Position numbers and translations under genes: made by a program. This document shows, piece by piece, positions 47,670-58,329 of a DNA stretch of 64,000 bases; the stretch's first letter is position 1; each line of letters opens with the position of its first letter. The notes under the pieces were generated by a model. The model made no database searches. It was not told the DNA's origin and was given only the letters and a program-made list of their open reading frames with translations. This stretch comes from an uncultured Candidatus Saccharibacteria bacterium (lineage in GTDB: Bacteria > Patescibacteriota > Doudnabacteria > UBA920), in NCBI GenBank assembly GCA_964416765.1, contig CAYQEU010000001.1:340480-404479 (forward strand), given 5' to 3'.

Positions 47670-48568
47670 TGGATTTAACAATTCAGAGAAAGATTGCATT
47701 AGTACTTGTAGCGGTACTGTTTGTTTTAGCGGGGTTCGGTTTATTGAAAACAACTTCAGCAGGTGAAGACCATCAGACTAGCCTTACGGTTTCAGAGCTG
47801 TTCACCGCTTTTCCCAAAAAACCCAATCAGGCGCCGGTTTCGGCGGCAACAGTAGCTTCAGGAAAGACCGTTAATGTCCCGATACTAATGTATCACCACG
47901 TTGGAGGACTCCCAACTGGGGCAGACGCAATTACGACTGACCTAACCGTTCCAGCTTCAGCATTTGCCGAGCAGGTAAATTGGATAAAGTCGCAGGGCTT
48001 TAATACCATCACCTTGCATGATTTATTTGAATTCAGTCTAGGTAAATTCAAAATGCCCGCCAAGCCGTTGATTTTTACTTTCGACGATGGCTACTCCGAT
48101 GTATTCGAGAACGCTATTCCCACCTTAACGCAGTATGGATATGTTGGAAGTTTTGGAATCATCACCGGGAAGGTCGGCCATGTTGAAGGCAACAATACCT
48201 ATGCAACCTGGGACCAAATTAAGTCGGCTTCAGATTCCGGGATGGAGATAGTGTCCCACACTAACAGTCACTTTGATGGAACAACCCCGAAATACAGCCT
48301 AGACTATGAGCGCGACGATATCGCCCAATCCCTAAAAGAGCTAAAATCACATCTCAACACGTCAACTAACATTCTCATTTACCCGTACGGCCATTACAAT
48401 GAACAATACCGCCAAGCCATGCACGCGGCAGGGGTGGTAATGGGAGTTACTGAAATTCACAGCGCTGACGTGAATTTAAGCGATCTTGATGAGGTACCCC
48501 GTCTGCGAGTCCATGGCCGGGAGAGCTTAACCACTTTTGAAAAAGTGATTAGTGATAAGGTAAAATAA
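47669..48568 (+). CDS. Membrane-anchored polysaccharide deacetylase (NodB homology domain)
   Basis: TFDDGYSD motif 1 and His-containing motifs; N-terminal TM; TAATG overlap with the secA stop. Confidence 0.82.
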   Translation: MDLTIQRKIALVLVAVLFVLAGFGLLKTTSAGEDHQTSLTVSELFTAFPKKPNQAPVSAATVASGKTVNVPILMYHHVGGLPTGADAITTDLTVPASAFAEQVNWIKSQGFNTITLHDLFEFSLGKFKMPAKPLIFTFDDGYSDVFENAIPTLTQYGYVGSFGIITGKVGHVEGNNTYATWDQIKSASDSGMEIVSHTNSHFDGTTPKYSLDYERDDIAQSLKELKSHLNTSTNILIYPYGHYNEQYRQAMHAAGVVMGVTEIHSADVNLSDLDEVPRLRVHGRESLTTFEKVISDKVK

Positions 48569-48572
48569 TAAT

Positions 48573-49106
48573 ATGCTGAAATTTATCACGGGAAATAACG
48601 ATAAAGTTAATGAGTTTCGGGGAATCCTCCCGGAAATTGAAATTGAGCAGCTCAGCATAGATATACCGGAGATACAAAGCATGGATCCCAAAGAAATAAT
48701 TTTGGGAAAGCTTGATTTTGCCTCTAAACATTATGAAGGTGCTTTTGTAGTTGAAGACGTATCTCTGGGGTTTGAAGCTCTGAATGGATTTCCTGGGCCG
48801 CTCATAAAGTGGCTGGAAAAAAGCGTAAGCTTGGAAGACCTAGCCCGCTTAGCCAATTCCCTGGGCAATAACAGGGCTGAGCACAAAATTACATATGGGC
48901 TTTCCTTGCCCGGCCAGCCGGTAAAGTTTTTTGAAGGTATTACTTTGGGTCAAATTGTGAGCCCACGAGGAACGGGAGATTTCGGATGGGGTCCCACTTT
49001 TATTCCCGATGGCAGCGACCAGACTTACGGCGAAATGGGTCCCGAAGGCAAATACCAATACAGTCCGCGCAAAAAAGCTTTAGAATTACTAAAACAGCAC
49101 TTATGA
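48573..49106 (+). CDS. rdgB: Non-canonical purine NTP pyrophosphatase (RdgB/Ham1 family)
   Basis: ITGNNDKVNEF and EDVSLGFEALNGFPG signature blocks. Confidence 0.8.
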   Translation: MLKFITGNNDKVNEFRGILPEIEIEQLSIDIPEIQSMDPKEIILGKLDFASKHYEGAFVVEDVSLGFEALNGFPGPLIKWLEKSVSLEDLARLANSLGNNRAEHKITYGLSLPGQPVKFFEGITLGQIVSPRGTGDFGWGPTFIPDGSDQTYGEMGPEGKYQYSPRKKALELLKQHL

Positions 49107-49753
49107 AGATAACTAAGTATGGTCATGCCTGCCTTTTAGTAGAAGAAGGTGGCAAAAAACTTTTGATCGATCCTGGCTCATATACTTTTGATAGAGATGT
49201 TACTCCAAAATTAGTGGGGCCGGTTGACGTCATTGTTATTACCCACCACCACGCGGACCATATGGATGCCGGAGCGATAAAACAGTTTTTGAACATGCAC
49301 CCGGCGGTAGTCATTGGCAGCCAACAAATTAGGCATGATTTAGAGACCGAAGGAATTGAGGCAGTAACATTGGAGCCCGGATCACAACAAGTTGCCGGAT
49401 TTACCGTGGAAGCATTGGAAGCGATTCATGAGCTAATTCCTGGACCCACTCCAGAAAACTATGCCTATTTAATAAATGACATTTTGCTTCACCCAGGTGA
49501 TTCATACGATATTTCCCATTTGCCGCAGGGAATTAAAGTGTTAGCTCTTCCAACACAGGGTCCCTGGGCAAAAGCGGTGGAATCGATCGAAATGGCGGCT
49601 AAGTTAAAGCCGGAATATGTAATTCCAATTCATAACGCTATATACAAAGACGCCATTGGAGAGAAGTTTGACGACCGAATTGCTACGGCCAATGAACAGT
49701 CTGGAACGCATGCTAAGCTACTCAAGATTGGCGAGTCATGGGAGCTAAGTTAA
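49103..49753 (+). CDS. MBL-fold metal-dependent hydrolase
   Basis: ITHHHADH motif; ATGA overlap with rdgB; the upstream part of the track ORF lies in a different gene and is rejected. Confidence 0.8.
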   Translation: MKITKYGHACLLVEEGGKKLLIDPGSYTFDRDVTPKLVGPVDVIVITHHHADHMDAGAIKQFLNMHPAVVIGSQQIRHDLETEGIEAVTLEPGSQQVAGFTVEALEAIHELIPGPTPENYAYLINDILLHPGDSYDISHLPQGIKVLALPTQGPWAKAVESIEMAAKLKPEYVIPIHNAIYKDAIGEKFDDRIATANEQSGTHAKLLKIGESWELS

Positions 49754-50316
49754 ACAGGGCTAAGAAGCAAGCACTGTTGGACGAGGTTGCCGAAACAATC
49801 CGCCAATGCAGAATTTGCAAACGCGGCAAGATCGGCGTTGCCGTACCCGGTGAGGGTAACCCCGACGCTAATATAGTATTCCTCGGTGAAGCGCCCGGTA
49901 AGAAAGAGGCTCAAACCGGACGGCCGTTCATCGGTCCAGCGGGTAAACTGTTGCGGCAACTCCTGGACTCCATCGGGCTTGATGCCGCGGACGCTTTTAT
50001 AACCAGCCCGGTCAAATATCTGCCCGAATACGTAACTCCGACCTTGGACGACATTGAACATGGGTCAGTTCACCTTAACCGGCAGCTGGATATTATCCAC
50101 CCCAAAGTGATTGTTTTAATGGGCAATACGGCGGCTCTGGCTATGCTTCACCGTAAGTATTCAATCGCCAAAGATCATGGTAAAATAATCAAACAAGACG
50201 GCAGGACATATTTCCTCGGTTACCACCCCGCGGCTCCGCTATACTCGCCAAGCTTGCGGGAAGTACTACGGAAAGATTTCCGAAAGTTGAAACGAATAAT
50301 TAACACGCACAAGTAG
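49738..50316 (+). CDS. Uracil-DNA glycosylase, family 4
   Basis: GEAPG motif, Cys cluster near the N-terminus (CRICKRGK), HPAAPLY C-terminal motif. Confidence 0.82.
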   Translation: MGAKLNRAKKQALLDEVAETIRQCRICKRGKIGVAVPGEGNPDANIVFLGEAPGKKEAQTGRPFIGPAGKLLRQLLDSIGLDAADAFITSPVKYLPEYVTPTLDDIEHGSVHLNRQLDIIHPKVIVLMGNTAALAMLHRKYSIAKDHGKIIKQDGRTYFLGYHPAAPLYSPSLREVLRKDFRKLKRIINTHK

Positions 50317-50327
50317 AAAGGAAAACA

Positions 50328-50639
50328 GTGAAAGACTTCCAAAGAAAAGAACCGACCAAAAACGAAAAAATGTTGTTTGAAGTGGCAATGCACCAGCAAA
50401 TGCTGGAACGCAACCTAGCGACCAATTCAGCTTTCATCGCCGCAGTGGCCTTAATGCAGGACATCGATCCCAAAAAAGTAGCTCAGTTCCTCACCACTGA
50501 CCACGCTAAAATCAAAGATTACAGCGATAAGATTAACGAGTCTATTGCCGAAATTGAAAAAGCTGAGAAAGCCCAGGCAGAACAAAATAAAACCCAAACC
50601 GACGACGGCGCAAAGCCAGAAAGCACAAATAATGCCTAA
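50328..50639 (+). CDS. Hypothetical small protein (103 aa) with Lys/Glu-rich C-terminus
   Basis: GTG start preceded by AAAGGAAAA; overlaps the pepN start by 8 nt. Confidence 0.45.
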   Translation: MKDFQRKEPTKNEKMLFEVAMHQQMLERNLATNSAFIAAVALMQDIDPKKVAQFLTTDHAKIKDYSDKINESIAEIEKAEKAQAEQNKTQTDDGAKPESTNNA

Positions 50640-53205
50640 AACAAACAAGGAAGCACAATCTGTCCGTTTACCCAACCACGTTAAGCCAGAACATTACTGG
50701 CTTTCTTTGGTGCCTGATTTCAACAAGTTTACTTTTTCAGGTGAAGAAATCATTACCTTAGAGTTAACCAAGCCGGAATCAACTATTCAGCTGCACGCCA
50801 AAGAGTTAAAAATTTCAGAGGCTTTTATAACAGATGGAGATTCACAGTGGTCCGCCAGAGTAACTCTTGACCAGGAAAATGAACAAGCTTCTTTTGAGTT
50901 TGAAAGCCAGCTAAAAAAAGGAACTTATAACCTCAACTTAAAATTTTCTGGCGCGCTCACTGACAACATGCGCGGCTTTTACCGCAGCCAATTCCAGGTT
51001 AAGGGCAAAATGGGATACATGGCCGTGACCCAGTTTGAACCAACGGATGCGAGACGAGCTTTCCCATGTTTTGATGAACCCGCTCAAAAGGCTACCTTCA
51101 CCGTTGAACTTACCGTACCGCCGGGAATGGAAGCGATTTCTAATACCGTAGTCACGAACAAAACCAGAACAAAAAACGGTTGGCAAAAAATTCAGTTTGC
51201 GCCGACCCCGAAAATGTCGACATATCTACTGGCTTTCATTATTGGAAAGTTTGAATTCATTGAAGACTTAACCGAGGATGGGGTGACCGTGAGGGTTTAC
51301 GTTACGCCCGGCAAAAAGTCCCAGGCCAAGTTCGCCCTTGAAGCGGGCAAGCAGATCCTCACATTTTATAACCGGTACTTTAAAATAAAATACCCTCTGC
51401 CGACCATGGACATGATCGCGGTCCCTGATTTTGCCGCCGGCGCCATGGAAAATTGGGGAGCCGTAACCTACCGCGAAACGGCGATTCTGGTGGACCCCAA
51501 AAATTCATCTACCCTAAGCAAACAATGGGTCGCTCTAGTCATCGCCCATGAATTGGCCCACCAATGGTTCGGGAACCTTGTTACCATGGAATGGTGGACC
51601 CATCTTTGGCTGAATGAGGGGTTTGCTTCCTATATTTCTTACCTGGCCGTCGACGACGCGTTCCCGGAGTGGAATATGTGGAGCCAGTTCATGAACGCCG
51701 AGTTGGGGCCTGCGTTGGAATTAGATAGCTTAAAGAATACCCATCCAATTCAGGTTGAAGTGCACCACCCCAATGAAATAAATGAAATTTTTGATGAAGT
51801 CAGCTATGCCAAAGGTGCCAGTGTCTTGCGCATGCTCGCATCGTATTTGGGACCTGTAAAGTTCCGCGACGGCTTACGGCACTACCTAAAGACGTATCAA
51901 TACTCCAATGCCCGAACCGAGGACTTATGGCGTTCTTTGGAAATAGTTTCGCGGAAGCCAGTGCGCAAAGTTATGCAAAACTGGACCGCTGAACCGGGAT
52001 ACCCTCTCGTAACGGTGTCAGAATCGGGTGCCAGGCTGAAACTATCCCAGAAGCGTTTCTACGGCGACCATAAAGAAAACAAAAAGCCAAACCGAACCGC
52101 GTGGTCGATTCCAGTTAGTGTTGGGGACAATAAAGTTAAGAAGCAGGTGTTATTCGACCGCAAAAGCTCCGCTTTAAGTAAGCCATCGGGCAGCTATACC
52201 AAGATTAATGTCGGTGAAACCGCCGTATTCCGCACAATGTACAGCGCGGGGCTGCTAAACCGCATGCTGCCCGCCATACGGGAACAAAAGATGCCCACAC
52301 CGGACCGCCTAGGAATAATCCGCGACAGCCTCGCTTTGGCCCGGGGCGGACAAATGCCCACCGATAAAGTGTTGGACATTCTTTCCAATTATTCTAACGA
52401 GACCAAGTACACAGTTTGGGTCGAAATGGGGATCACGCTGGGGATGGCAAACCGACTGTTTCGTAATGAAAAGTTTAATCCGCAACTGCGCAAATTCATC
52501 TGCAGCGTGTACGCACCGATGGCCGAAAGTATTGGGTGGGAACCCAAACCCAAAGAAAGCCACAGCCAGGGACTGCTGCGCGGTTTCATCCTCCAGCGCG
52601 CCGGTCAGTATGGGCATAAACCGACTGTTGAACGCGCCCAAAGATTATTCACCGACTATGTTACTAAAAAGACCGTAATACCGGCCGATCTCCGCAGTGT
52701 CGTGTATAACACGGTAGCTGAGCACGGAACGGAAAAAGATTTCAACCAGATCATGTCACTTTATCGCAAAGAGACACTGCAGGAAGAAAAAAACCGATTG
52801 GCTCGTGCCTTAGCCCTTTTCCCAAACGAAAAGTTGCTCAAGCGCTTCCTAAACTTTGCCTTATCCAAAGACGTAAGGCCCCAGGACGCGCCGCTCTTAA
52901 TCATTTCCGCCTGGACTAATCGCGCCGCCAAACAGCATGTTTGGAAATTTATTACCGCCAATTGGGCCAAAATCGTAAAACGATATGGAGAAGGCGGGCA
53001 TCTTTTGGTTAGGTTTATTGATCCGGCATCGAACTTTACCACCGAAAAGGAAGCCAAGATGGTAGCGGACTTTTTCCGCAAGCATCCCGCCCCGGGAGGG
53101 GAGAGGACCGTTCGCCAAACAGTCGAAGAAATCCGCATCCAGGCGGCCTGGGCCAACCGGGACCGGCAAAAAGTCCAAAAATTCCTGGGGAAACTGAGGG
53201 TTTAG
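50632..53205 (+). CDS. pepN: Aminopeptidase N (M1 family zinc metallopeptidase)
   Basis: GAMEN exopeptidase motif and HELAHQWFGNLVTMEWW(x)LWLNEGFA zinc-binding HExxH-(x18)-E. Confidence 0.92.
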   Translation: MPKTNKEAQSVRLPNHVKPEHYWLSLVPDFNKFTFSGEEIITLELTKPESTIQLHAKELKISEAFITDGDSQWSARVTLDQENEQASFEFESQLKKGTYNLNLKFSGALTDNMRGFYRSQFQVKGKMGYMAVTQFEPTDARRAFPCFDEPAQKATFTVELTVPPGMEAISNTVVTNKTRTKNGWQKIQFAPTPKMSTYLLAFIIGKFEFIEDLTEDGVTVRVYVTPGKKSQAKFALEAGKQILTFYNRYFKIKYPLPTMDMIAVPDFAAGAMENWGAVTYRETAILVDPKNSSTLSKQWVALVIAHELAHQWFGNLVTMEWWTHLWLNEGFASYISYLAVDDAFPEWNMWSQFMNAELGPALELDSLKNTHPIQVEVHHPNEINEIFDEVSYAKGASVLRMLASYLGPVKFRDGLRHYLKTYQYSNARTEDLWRSLEIVSRKPVRKVMQNWTAEPGYPLVTVSESGARLKLSQKRFYGDHKENKKPNRTAWSIPVSVGDNKVKKQVLFDRKSSALSKPSGSYTKINVGETAVFRTMYSAGLLNRMLPAIREQKMPTPDRLGIIRDSLALARGGQMPTDKVLDILSNYSNETKYTVWVEMGITLGMANRLFRNEKFNPQLRKFICSVYAPMAESIGWEPKPKESHSQGLLRGFILQRAGQYGHKPTVERAQRLFTDYVTKKTVIPADLRSVVYNTVAEHGTEKDFNQIMSLYRKETLQEEKNRLARALALFPNEKLLKRFLNFALSKDVRPQDAPLLIISAWTNRAAKQHVWKFITANWAKIVKRYGEGGHLLVRFIDPASNFTTEKEAKMVADFFRKHPAPGGERTVRQTVEEIRIQAAWANRDRQKVQKFLGKLRV

Positions 53206-53210
53206 TCTCC

Positions 53211-53239
53211 TTGGCAAAAATGCCAAAAGCCCTTATAAT
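53211..53239 (+). promoter_or_regulatory. Promoter TTGGCA-17-TATAAT upstream of secD
   Basis: Hexamers at 53211-53216 and 53234-53239. Confidence 0.6.
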
Positions 53240-53272
53240 TTCATAGTATATTAACTTAATCCATAGGAATTC

Positions 53273-54775
53273 ATGAGACCACTTTATAGGAACCTGATCT
53301 CCCTAGTTTTCATACTTCTTTTGGCTGCCGGAGCGGCTTGGATAGTCTGGCCCGGCGGTAGCCGCATTAACCTCAGCAAGAATGACGGTCCTCTCCACCA
53401 GACCTTCACCACTCACTTAGGCTTAGACCTCCAGGGCGGGTCCTATTTGGTATACCAGGCTGACTTTAAGGATATTCCTAAGGAACAGCAACGGGACGCT
53501 TTAAACGCGGCGCGCGACACCGTAGAACGCCGGGTGAATGCTTTTGGCGTTTCTGAACCCGTAGTACAGATCCAGGGCCAAAACAAATTGGTAGTAGAAC
53601 TCCCCGGCATCAAAAACATTGATGACGCGATTAACCAGATTGGCCAAACCCCATTTGTGGAATTCCGCCTTGAAGACCCGTCAGCCGCGCAAAACCTAAC
53701 CCCTGATGCCAACGGCCAAATCTCGGTCGATCCTGATTCTATTTACAAGCCCACCGGTCTTTCCGGCAAGCACTTGAAGCGCGCAACCGCTGACTTCCAA
53801 TCTTCCGGCAGCGGTCGCAGCCTGACCAACCAACCAATCGTACGCTTGGAATTCAACGATGAAGGGAAAAAGCTGTTCTCCGACATCACCACTCAGAACG
53901 TTAACAAAAAATTGGCTATGTTTCTTGATGGCCAAGTCATTTCCGACCCGGTAATCCAGCAGCCTATTACTGATGGCGTGGCTATCATTTCCGGGAACTT
54001 TAGCGTGCAGGACGCTCAAGGTTTAGCCACACGGCTCAATTCCGGTGCCTTGCCAGTCCCAATCAAACTGGTTTCCCAACAGAACGTTGGAGCGACATTA
54101 GGTCAGGACTCCATTCATAAGTCCATCATCGCCGGTATTATCGGCTTGCTTTTGATCGCATTGTTTATGATTATTTACTACCGCCTTCCTGGCCTCATGG
54201 CTGTGCTGGCCCTTGCCATTTATGCTTTGCTGTCCTTCGCCATCTTTAAGATTGGTATTTCTATCTTGGCGGTAATCCTGGTCGGCATATTCTTCTTCAT
54301 TGGTTTAACTGTTTCGGGATGGTTCGGCCTGCTTGCCCTGGTAAGCTACCTCTTGTTGATTTTGCTTCGCGGCCTGTCCCCGGTAACCTTAACCTTGGCA
54401 GGTATCGCCGGTTTCATCCTTTCCATTGGTATGGCGGTAGACGCAAACATCCTTATTTTCGAACGCTTTAAAGAAGAAGTCCGCGCCGGAAAGGCCGTGG
54501 GCAAAGCCCTTGAAGATGGGTTTGACCGAGCCTGGAACTCAATCCGCGACTCAAACGTTTCTAGCTTAATTACTGTGGCCATCCTGTATTTCTTCGGCAC
54601 TCCCGCCATCAAAGGATTCGCCATTACCCTTGGTATCGGTATTTTGATCTCAATGTTCACCGCCATTACAATCTCCCGCACATTCCTGCGGCTGCTTGTC
54701 ACGGGTTCATGGCTCTCGCGCCATAACTGGCTGTTCGGGGCGAGTAAGAAGGAAGTAACAGAAAAGGGGATATAA
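53273..54775 (+). CDS. secD: Protein translocase subunit SecD
   Basis: N-terminal TM, large periplasmic domain, C-terminal six-TM RND-like bundle; followed by secF. Confidence 0.9.
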   Translation: MRPLYRNLISLVFILLLAAGAAWIVWPGGSRINLSKNDGPLHQTFTTHLGLDLQGGSYLVYQADFKDIPKEQQRDALNAARDTVERRVNAFGVSEPVVQIQGQNKLVVELPGIKNIDDAINQIGQTPFVEFRLEDPSAAQNLTPDANGQISVDPDSIYKPTGLSGKHLKRATADFQSSGSGRSLTNQPIVRLEFNDEGKKLFSDITTQNVNKKLAMFLDGQVISDPVIQQPITDGVAIISGNFSVQDAQGLATRLNSGALPVPIKLVSQQNVGATLGQDSIHKSIIAGIIGLLLIALFMIIYYRLPGLMAVLALAIYALLSFAIFKIGISILAVILVGIFFFIGLTVSGWFGLLALVSYLLLILLRGLSPVTLTLAGIAGFILSIGMAVDANILIFERFKEEVRAGKAVGKALEDGFDRAWNSIRDSNVSSLITVAILYFFGTPAIKGFAITLGIGILISMFTAITISRTFLRLLVTGSWLSRHNWLFGASKKEVTEKGI

Positions 54776-54779
54776 AACA

Positions 54780-55670
54780 ATGAAACTGATTCAATACTAC
54801 AAATACTTATTCGCTCTTTCCGGCGTCATCCTTATCCTGGGAATTATTTCCCTGGCCGTGTATGGCCTGAAGCTTGGCATCGACTTTAAGGGCGGAACTA
54901 TCGCCCAACTGCAGTTTGAACAAGCCGTTGACCTGGGGAAAGTCAAAGATGTCGTTGCCTCTCAGGGGGTCAAAGATGTCACCGTACAGAATAGCGGCAC
55001 TAACGGAGTTATTATCCGCACCGAAGCCATTGAAAAAGACCAGCACGATAAGGTTAATGAAGCCCTAAAAACCCAGATCGGCAACTTCCAGGAAACCGAA
55101 TATGACTCTATTGGGCCGGTCATTGGCCAGGAGCTCAAGCAAAAAGCTCTATACCAGCTGATTTTGGTCTCTATTGGTATTATTTTCTACATTGCCTATG
55201 CTTTCCGCCGGGTTGCTCGTCCAATTACCCCTTGGCAGTTTGGTATTGCCGCGGTTATCGCTTTGCTCCATGACTTACTCATCGTTCTTGGGATCTTTTC
55301 GTTCTTGGGACATTACCACGGCATAGAAATTGATAGCTTGTTTGTTACCGCCATGCTTACCGTGCTTGGCTTCTCGGTTCACGATACTATTGTTGTTTTT
55401 GACCGTATCCGCGAAAACCTCAAGATCTACGCGGGGCAGAGCATTGACTTCGTGGTTAACCACAGCATTTCGCAGACTTTAGTTCGTTCCCTTAACACCA
55501 GCCTCACCGTACTGTTCGTTTTGTTGGCTCTGTTATTGTTTGGCGGCGTAACTATAAGGAATTTTGTTCTCGCGCTGTTTGTCGGTGTAATTACCGGAAC
55601 ATATTCTTCCATCTTTGTGGCCAGCCCGATTCTTTTGCTGTGGCAAAGACGACGCCAAAAGAAATCTTAA
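54780..55670 (+). CDS. secF: Protein translocase subunit SecF
   Basis: Six-TM SecF architecture with conserved GIDFKGG region. Confidence 0.9.
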   Translation: MKLIQYYKYLFALSGVILILGIISLAVYGLKLGIDFKGGTIAQLQFEQAVDLGKVKDVVASQGVKDVTVQNSGTNGVIIRTEAIEKDQHDKVNEALKTQIGNFQETEYDSIGPVIGQELKQKALYQLILVSIGIIFYIAYAFRRVARPITPWQFGIAAVIALLHDLLIVLGIFSFLGHYHGIEIDSLFVTAMLTVLGFSVHDTIVVFDRIRENLKIYAGQSIDFVVNHSISQTLVRSLNTSLTVLFVLLALLLFGGVTIRNFVLALFVGVITGTYSSIFVASPILLLWQRRRQKKS

Positions 55671-55724
55671 GGCAAACATAGCACCACATTTAATTTAGCC
55701 CGTCAAACTATAATTCTGGCACAG

Positions 55725-55754
55725 AAACCTCCCTTGTTTAAGGGGGGTTTTCTT
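55725..55754 (+). terminator. Terminator (CCTCCCTT-GTTT-AAGGGGGG then TTTTCTTAATT)
   Basis: 8-bp stem with one G-U pair plus T-run after secF. Confidence 0.75.
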
Positions 55755-55772
55755 AATTAAAACATAAATCTA

Positions 55773-55801
55773 TTGACAGAGATATGGTTTTATGATATAA
55801 T
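55773..55801 (+). promoter_or_regulatory. Perfect consensus promoter TTGACA(55773-55778)-17-TATAAT(55796-55801)
   Basis: Read directly in the sequence; precedes the three-gene module 55851-60216. Confidence 0.7.
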
Positions 55802-55850
55802 TAGGCCAACGTTTTGAAGACGTATCTATTCCTAAAGTAATCCCACCGTT

Positions 55851-56936
55851 ATGGGGATCTTAGACACAATCATCACAACCAACCAACAAGAGTCCTTACA
55901 GCAATTTGAATTGGGCTTAATTGTCAGCAAAATTATTGAACCGTTACGCGAACGCGAGCAAGCGATTTTAAAACAGCGTTACGGACTTCATGGACACAAG
56001 ATCGAAACCCTCAAAACAGTAGGGGAAGAACAGGGTTTAACACGCGAACGTGTTCGTCAGATTGAAAAAGAACTTTTAAAGAACTTAAAGCGCGGTGTCC
56101 AGGAGCTGGAAGCTTTTGTAACTGCCCGTGACCTATTACTTACCACCATTTCTGAACACGGCGGTATTATGGCTGAGCACCGTTTAATGAAGCACCTTGG
56201 CGCTGAAGACGAAACCGACGTAAACGCCTTGCGTTTCCTGTTAAATTTAATAGTAGAACTTGAACTCCACAACGAAGACAAGCATATCCGCCATTCCTGG
56301 TCTAAACTTGGCTTTGACAAGAAGTTTTTGACCGAATTTATAGTGGAAACCAAGAAAATCCTGTCTGCCCACGGCAAGCCGGTCAGCGAAAAGGAATTTT
56401 TGGATAAGTTTATGGAATCCGAATTCTACAAGCAGAACAAGGAAGCTTTGCCTGAGCACGTCATGATGAACTACATCCACACGGCGACCGGCGTCCATAA
56501 GAACTCCTTTGGCGAGTTTGGGCTCCAGGGCTGGAGCGAAATCAAGCCCAAGGACGTTGGTGACAAGGCTTATTTGGTCATGAAGCACCACGGCAAACCC
56601 GAACATTACTCTGTTATTACCGATTTGATCAACAAGCACGCTTTGGACAAGCGCACCGCTTACAAGGAAACCGTGCACAACAAGCTTATTAAGGACAGCC
56701 GTTTCGTTTTGGTGGGCCGCGGCATTTACGCTTTAACCGAATGGGGTTACAAGCCTGGTGTGGTGTCTGATATACTGACAGAGGTGATGAAAGAAGCCCA
56801 GCACCCCATGAGCCGTGATGAAATTATTGATGAAGTCATGAAGCGCCGCATGGTAAAGAAAAATACCATCCTCGTCGGCCTTTCTAACCGAAAATTATTT
56901 AAAAAAGTAGGCAAGAACTTATACGATTTGGCCTAA
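55851..56936 (+). CDS. Sigma-70 region-4-like HTH domain protein with large C-terminal domain of unknown function
   Basis: N-terminal about 90 aa resemble sigma-70 region 4 (EREQAILKQRYGL..KTVGEEQGLTRERVRQIEKELLKNL); no region 2, so not a complete sigma factor. Confidence 0.6.
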   Translation: MGILDTIITTNQQESLQQFELGLIVSKIIEPLREREQAILKQRYGLHGHKIETLKTVGEEQGLTRERVRQIEKELLKNLKRGVQELEAFVTARDLLLTTISEHGGIMAEHRLMKHLGAEDETDVNALRFLLNLIVELELHNEDKHIRHSWSKLGFDKKFLTEFIVETKKILSAHGKPVSEKEFLDKFMESEFYKQNKEALPEHVMMNYIHTATGVHKNSFGEFGLQGWSEIKPKDVGDKAYLVMKHHGKPEHYSVITDLINKHALDKRTAYKETVHNKLIKDSRFVLVGRGIYALTEWGYKPGVVSDILTEVMKEAQHPMSRDEIIDEVMKRRMVKKNTILVGLSNRKLFKKVGKNLYDLA

Positions 56937-56965
56937 TCTAAGGCAAGGCTGAAACTAAAACAAAA

Positions 56966-58309
56966 ATGAGCTTACTACCAGAACTCTTTCCTCAACTTGG
57001 CCCAGCCTTGGTAGGTTTTTGGGTGTTTTTCAAAGATGGTGGCTTCTTGATATTTATCATTTTAGCCGTCTTTTTGCTGTACCAGTACTACATGATCACC
57101 ATCATTGGGCACTGGAAGTCCAACTTGAAATGGGTTTACATCAACGTCAAAATGCCCAGGGAAAACCTAACTTCACTTTTGGCGGTTGAGCAGATCTACT
57201 CCCAGCTCCACGCCGCCCACCGCAGTATGACCATGGCGGAAAAGTATATTGAAGGGCGCGTCCAGCTGTGGTACTCATTCGAAATTATTTCCTTCGGCGG
57301 GAAAATCAATTATATAGTGCGCGTGCCCGAAAAATTCCGTGATACCGCCGAAGCCGCTTTTTACGCTGTCTATCCCGAAGCTGAAATTACCCAGGTCAAC
57401 GATTACCTGGAGAATTTTGAGTTTCACCCGGGACATAGCGACTATGAAATCTTTGGCACTGAGCTTAAAATGCGTACCTCCGATGTTTTGCCCATCAAAA
57501 CTTACCGGGACTTGGAGCACCCAACGGCGGAGGTAAAAATCGTTGACCCGACCGCGCCGCTAATTGAAGCGTTAACGAAAATTGACCCGGATGAGTTTTT
57601 GGGTGTGCAGATTATTGCCCAGCCATTGGCTGACAATGAATGGCAGGATAAAGCCAAGAATAAAGCCAAAGAACTGCTCGGCGAACATGTGGACCACCAC
57701 GAAAGCATATTGACCAAGGTGTTTAACTTTTTTGCAATATTTGCCCCGCATAATGTATTCAAGGCATTCTTCGGTATTGGCGGCGGAGGCCATGATGACC
57801 ATGGCGGCCATAAGGACGCCGGCGCGCCGAAAAACAACTTATTGCAAATGACCGAAGTGGAAAAAGACCAGGTTAATGCCATCCAGACCAAGGCCAGCAA
57901 ACCCGGTTACCTTTGCAAAATCCGGTACATGTATCTTTCTCCCAAGGAGAAATTTGACCGGTCCAAGCGCGTTGCTTTGATCGGGGCGTTCCGTACTTTA
58001 AGTGACGCCAACAAGAATGGTCTTAAGCCCGATTCGAAACTGGTGTCTACCCGTGTTAAGTACCGTATTTCGAAAACATTGGAAGGTCCATATATCCAGC
58101 ATCTTTCGGATTTCAGAAAACACCACTTCTTTGAGGGCTGGAAAAGCCGTAGCTACTATATTGGCATGCCTCAATTCATCTTAAACACTGAAGAACTAGC
58201 CACTTTATTCCATTTGCCTTTGACCGATATTCCACAGGCCGCTGATGTCGCCAAAATTGAAAGCAAGAAGTCCCAGGCGCCGGCGAACCTTCCTACCGGA
58301 ACATTCTAA
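56966..58309 (+). CDS. Membrane-anchored hypothetical protein (two N-terminal TM helices, Gly/His-rich internal segment)
   Basis: TM helices at the N-terminus; GGGGHDDHGGHKD low-complexity stretch; immediately upstream of the VirD4-like ATPase. Confidence 0.55.
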   Translation: MSLLPELFPQLGPALVGFWVFFKDGGFLIFIILAVFLLYQYYMITIIGHWKSNLKWVYINVKMPRENLTSLLAVEQIYSQLHAAHRSMTMAEKYIEGRVQLWYSFEIISFGGKINYIVRVPEKFRDTAEAAFYAVYPEAEITQVNDYLENFEFHPGHSDYEIFGTELKMRTSDVLPIKTYRDLEHPTAEVKIVDPTAPLIEALTKIDPDEFLGVQIIAQPLADNEWQDKAKNKAKELLGEHVDHHESILTKVFNFFAIFAPHNVFKAFFGIGGGGHDDHGGHKDAGAPKNNLLQMTEVEKDQVNAIQTKASKPGYLCKIRYMYLSPKEKFDRSKRVALIGAFRTLSDANKNGLKPDSKLVSTRVKYRISKTLEGPYIQHLSDFRKHHFFEGWKSRSYYIGMPQFILNTEELATLFHLPLTDIPQAADVAKIESKKSQAPANLPTGTF

Positions 58310-58329
58310 CTACCTGTATACTGAAATAA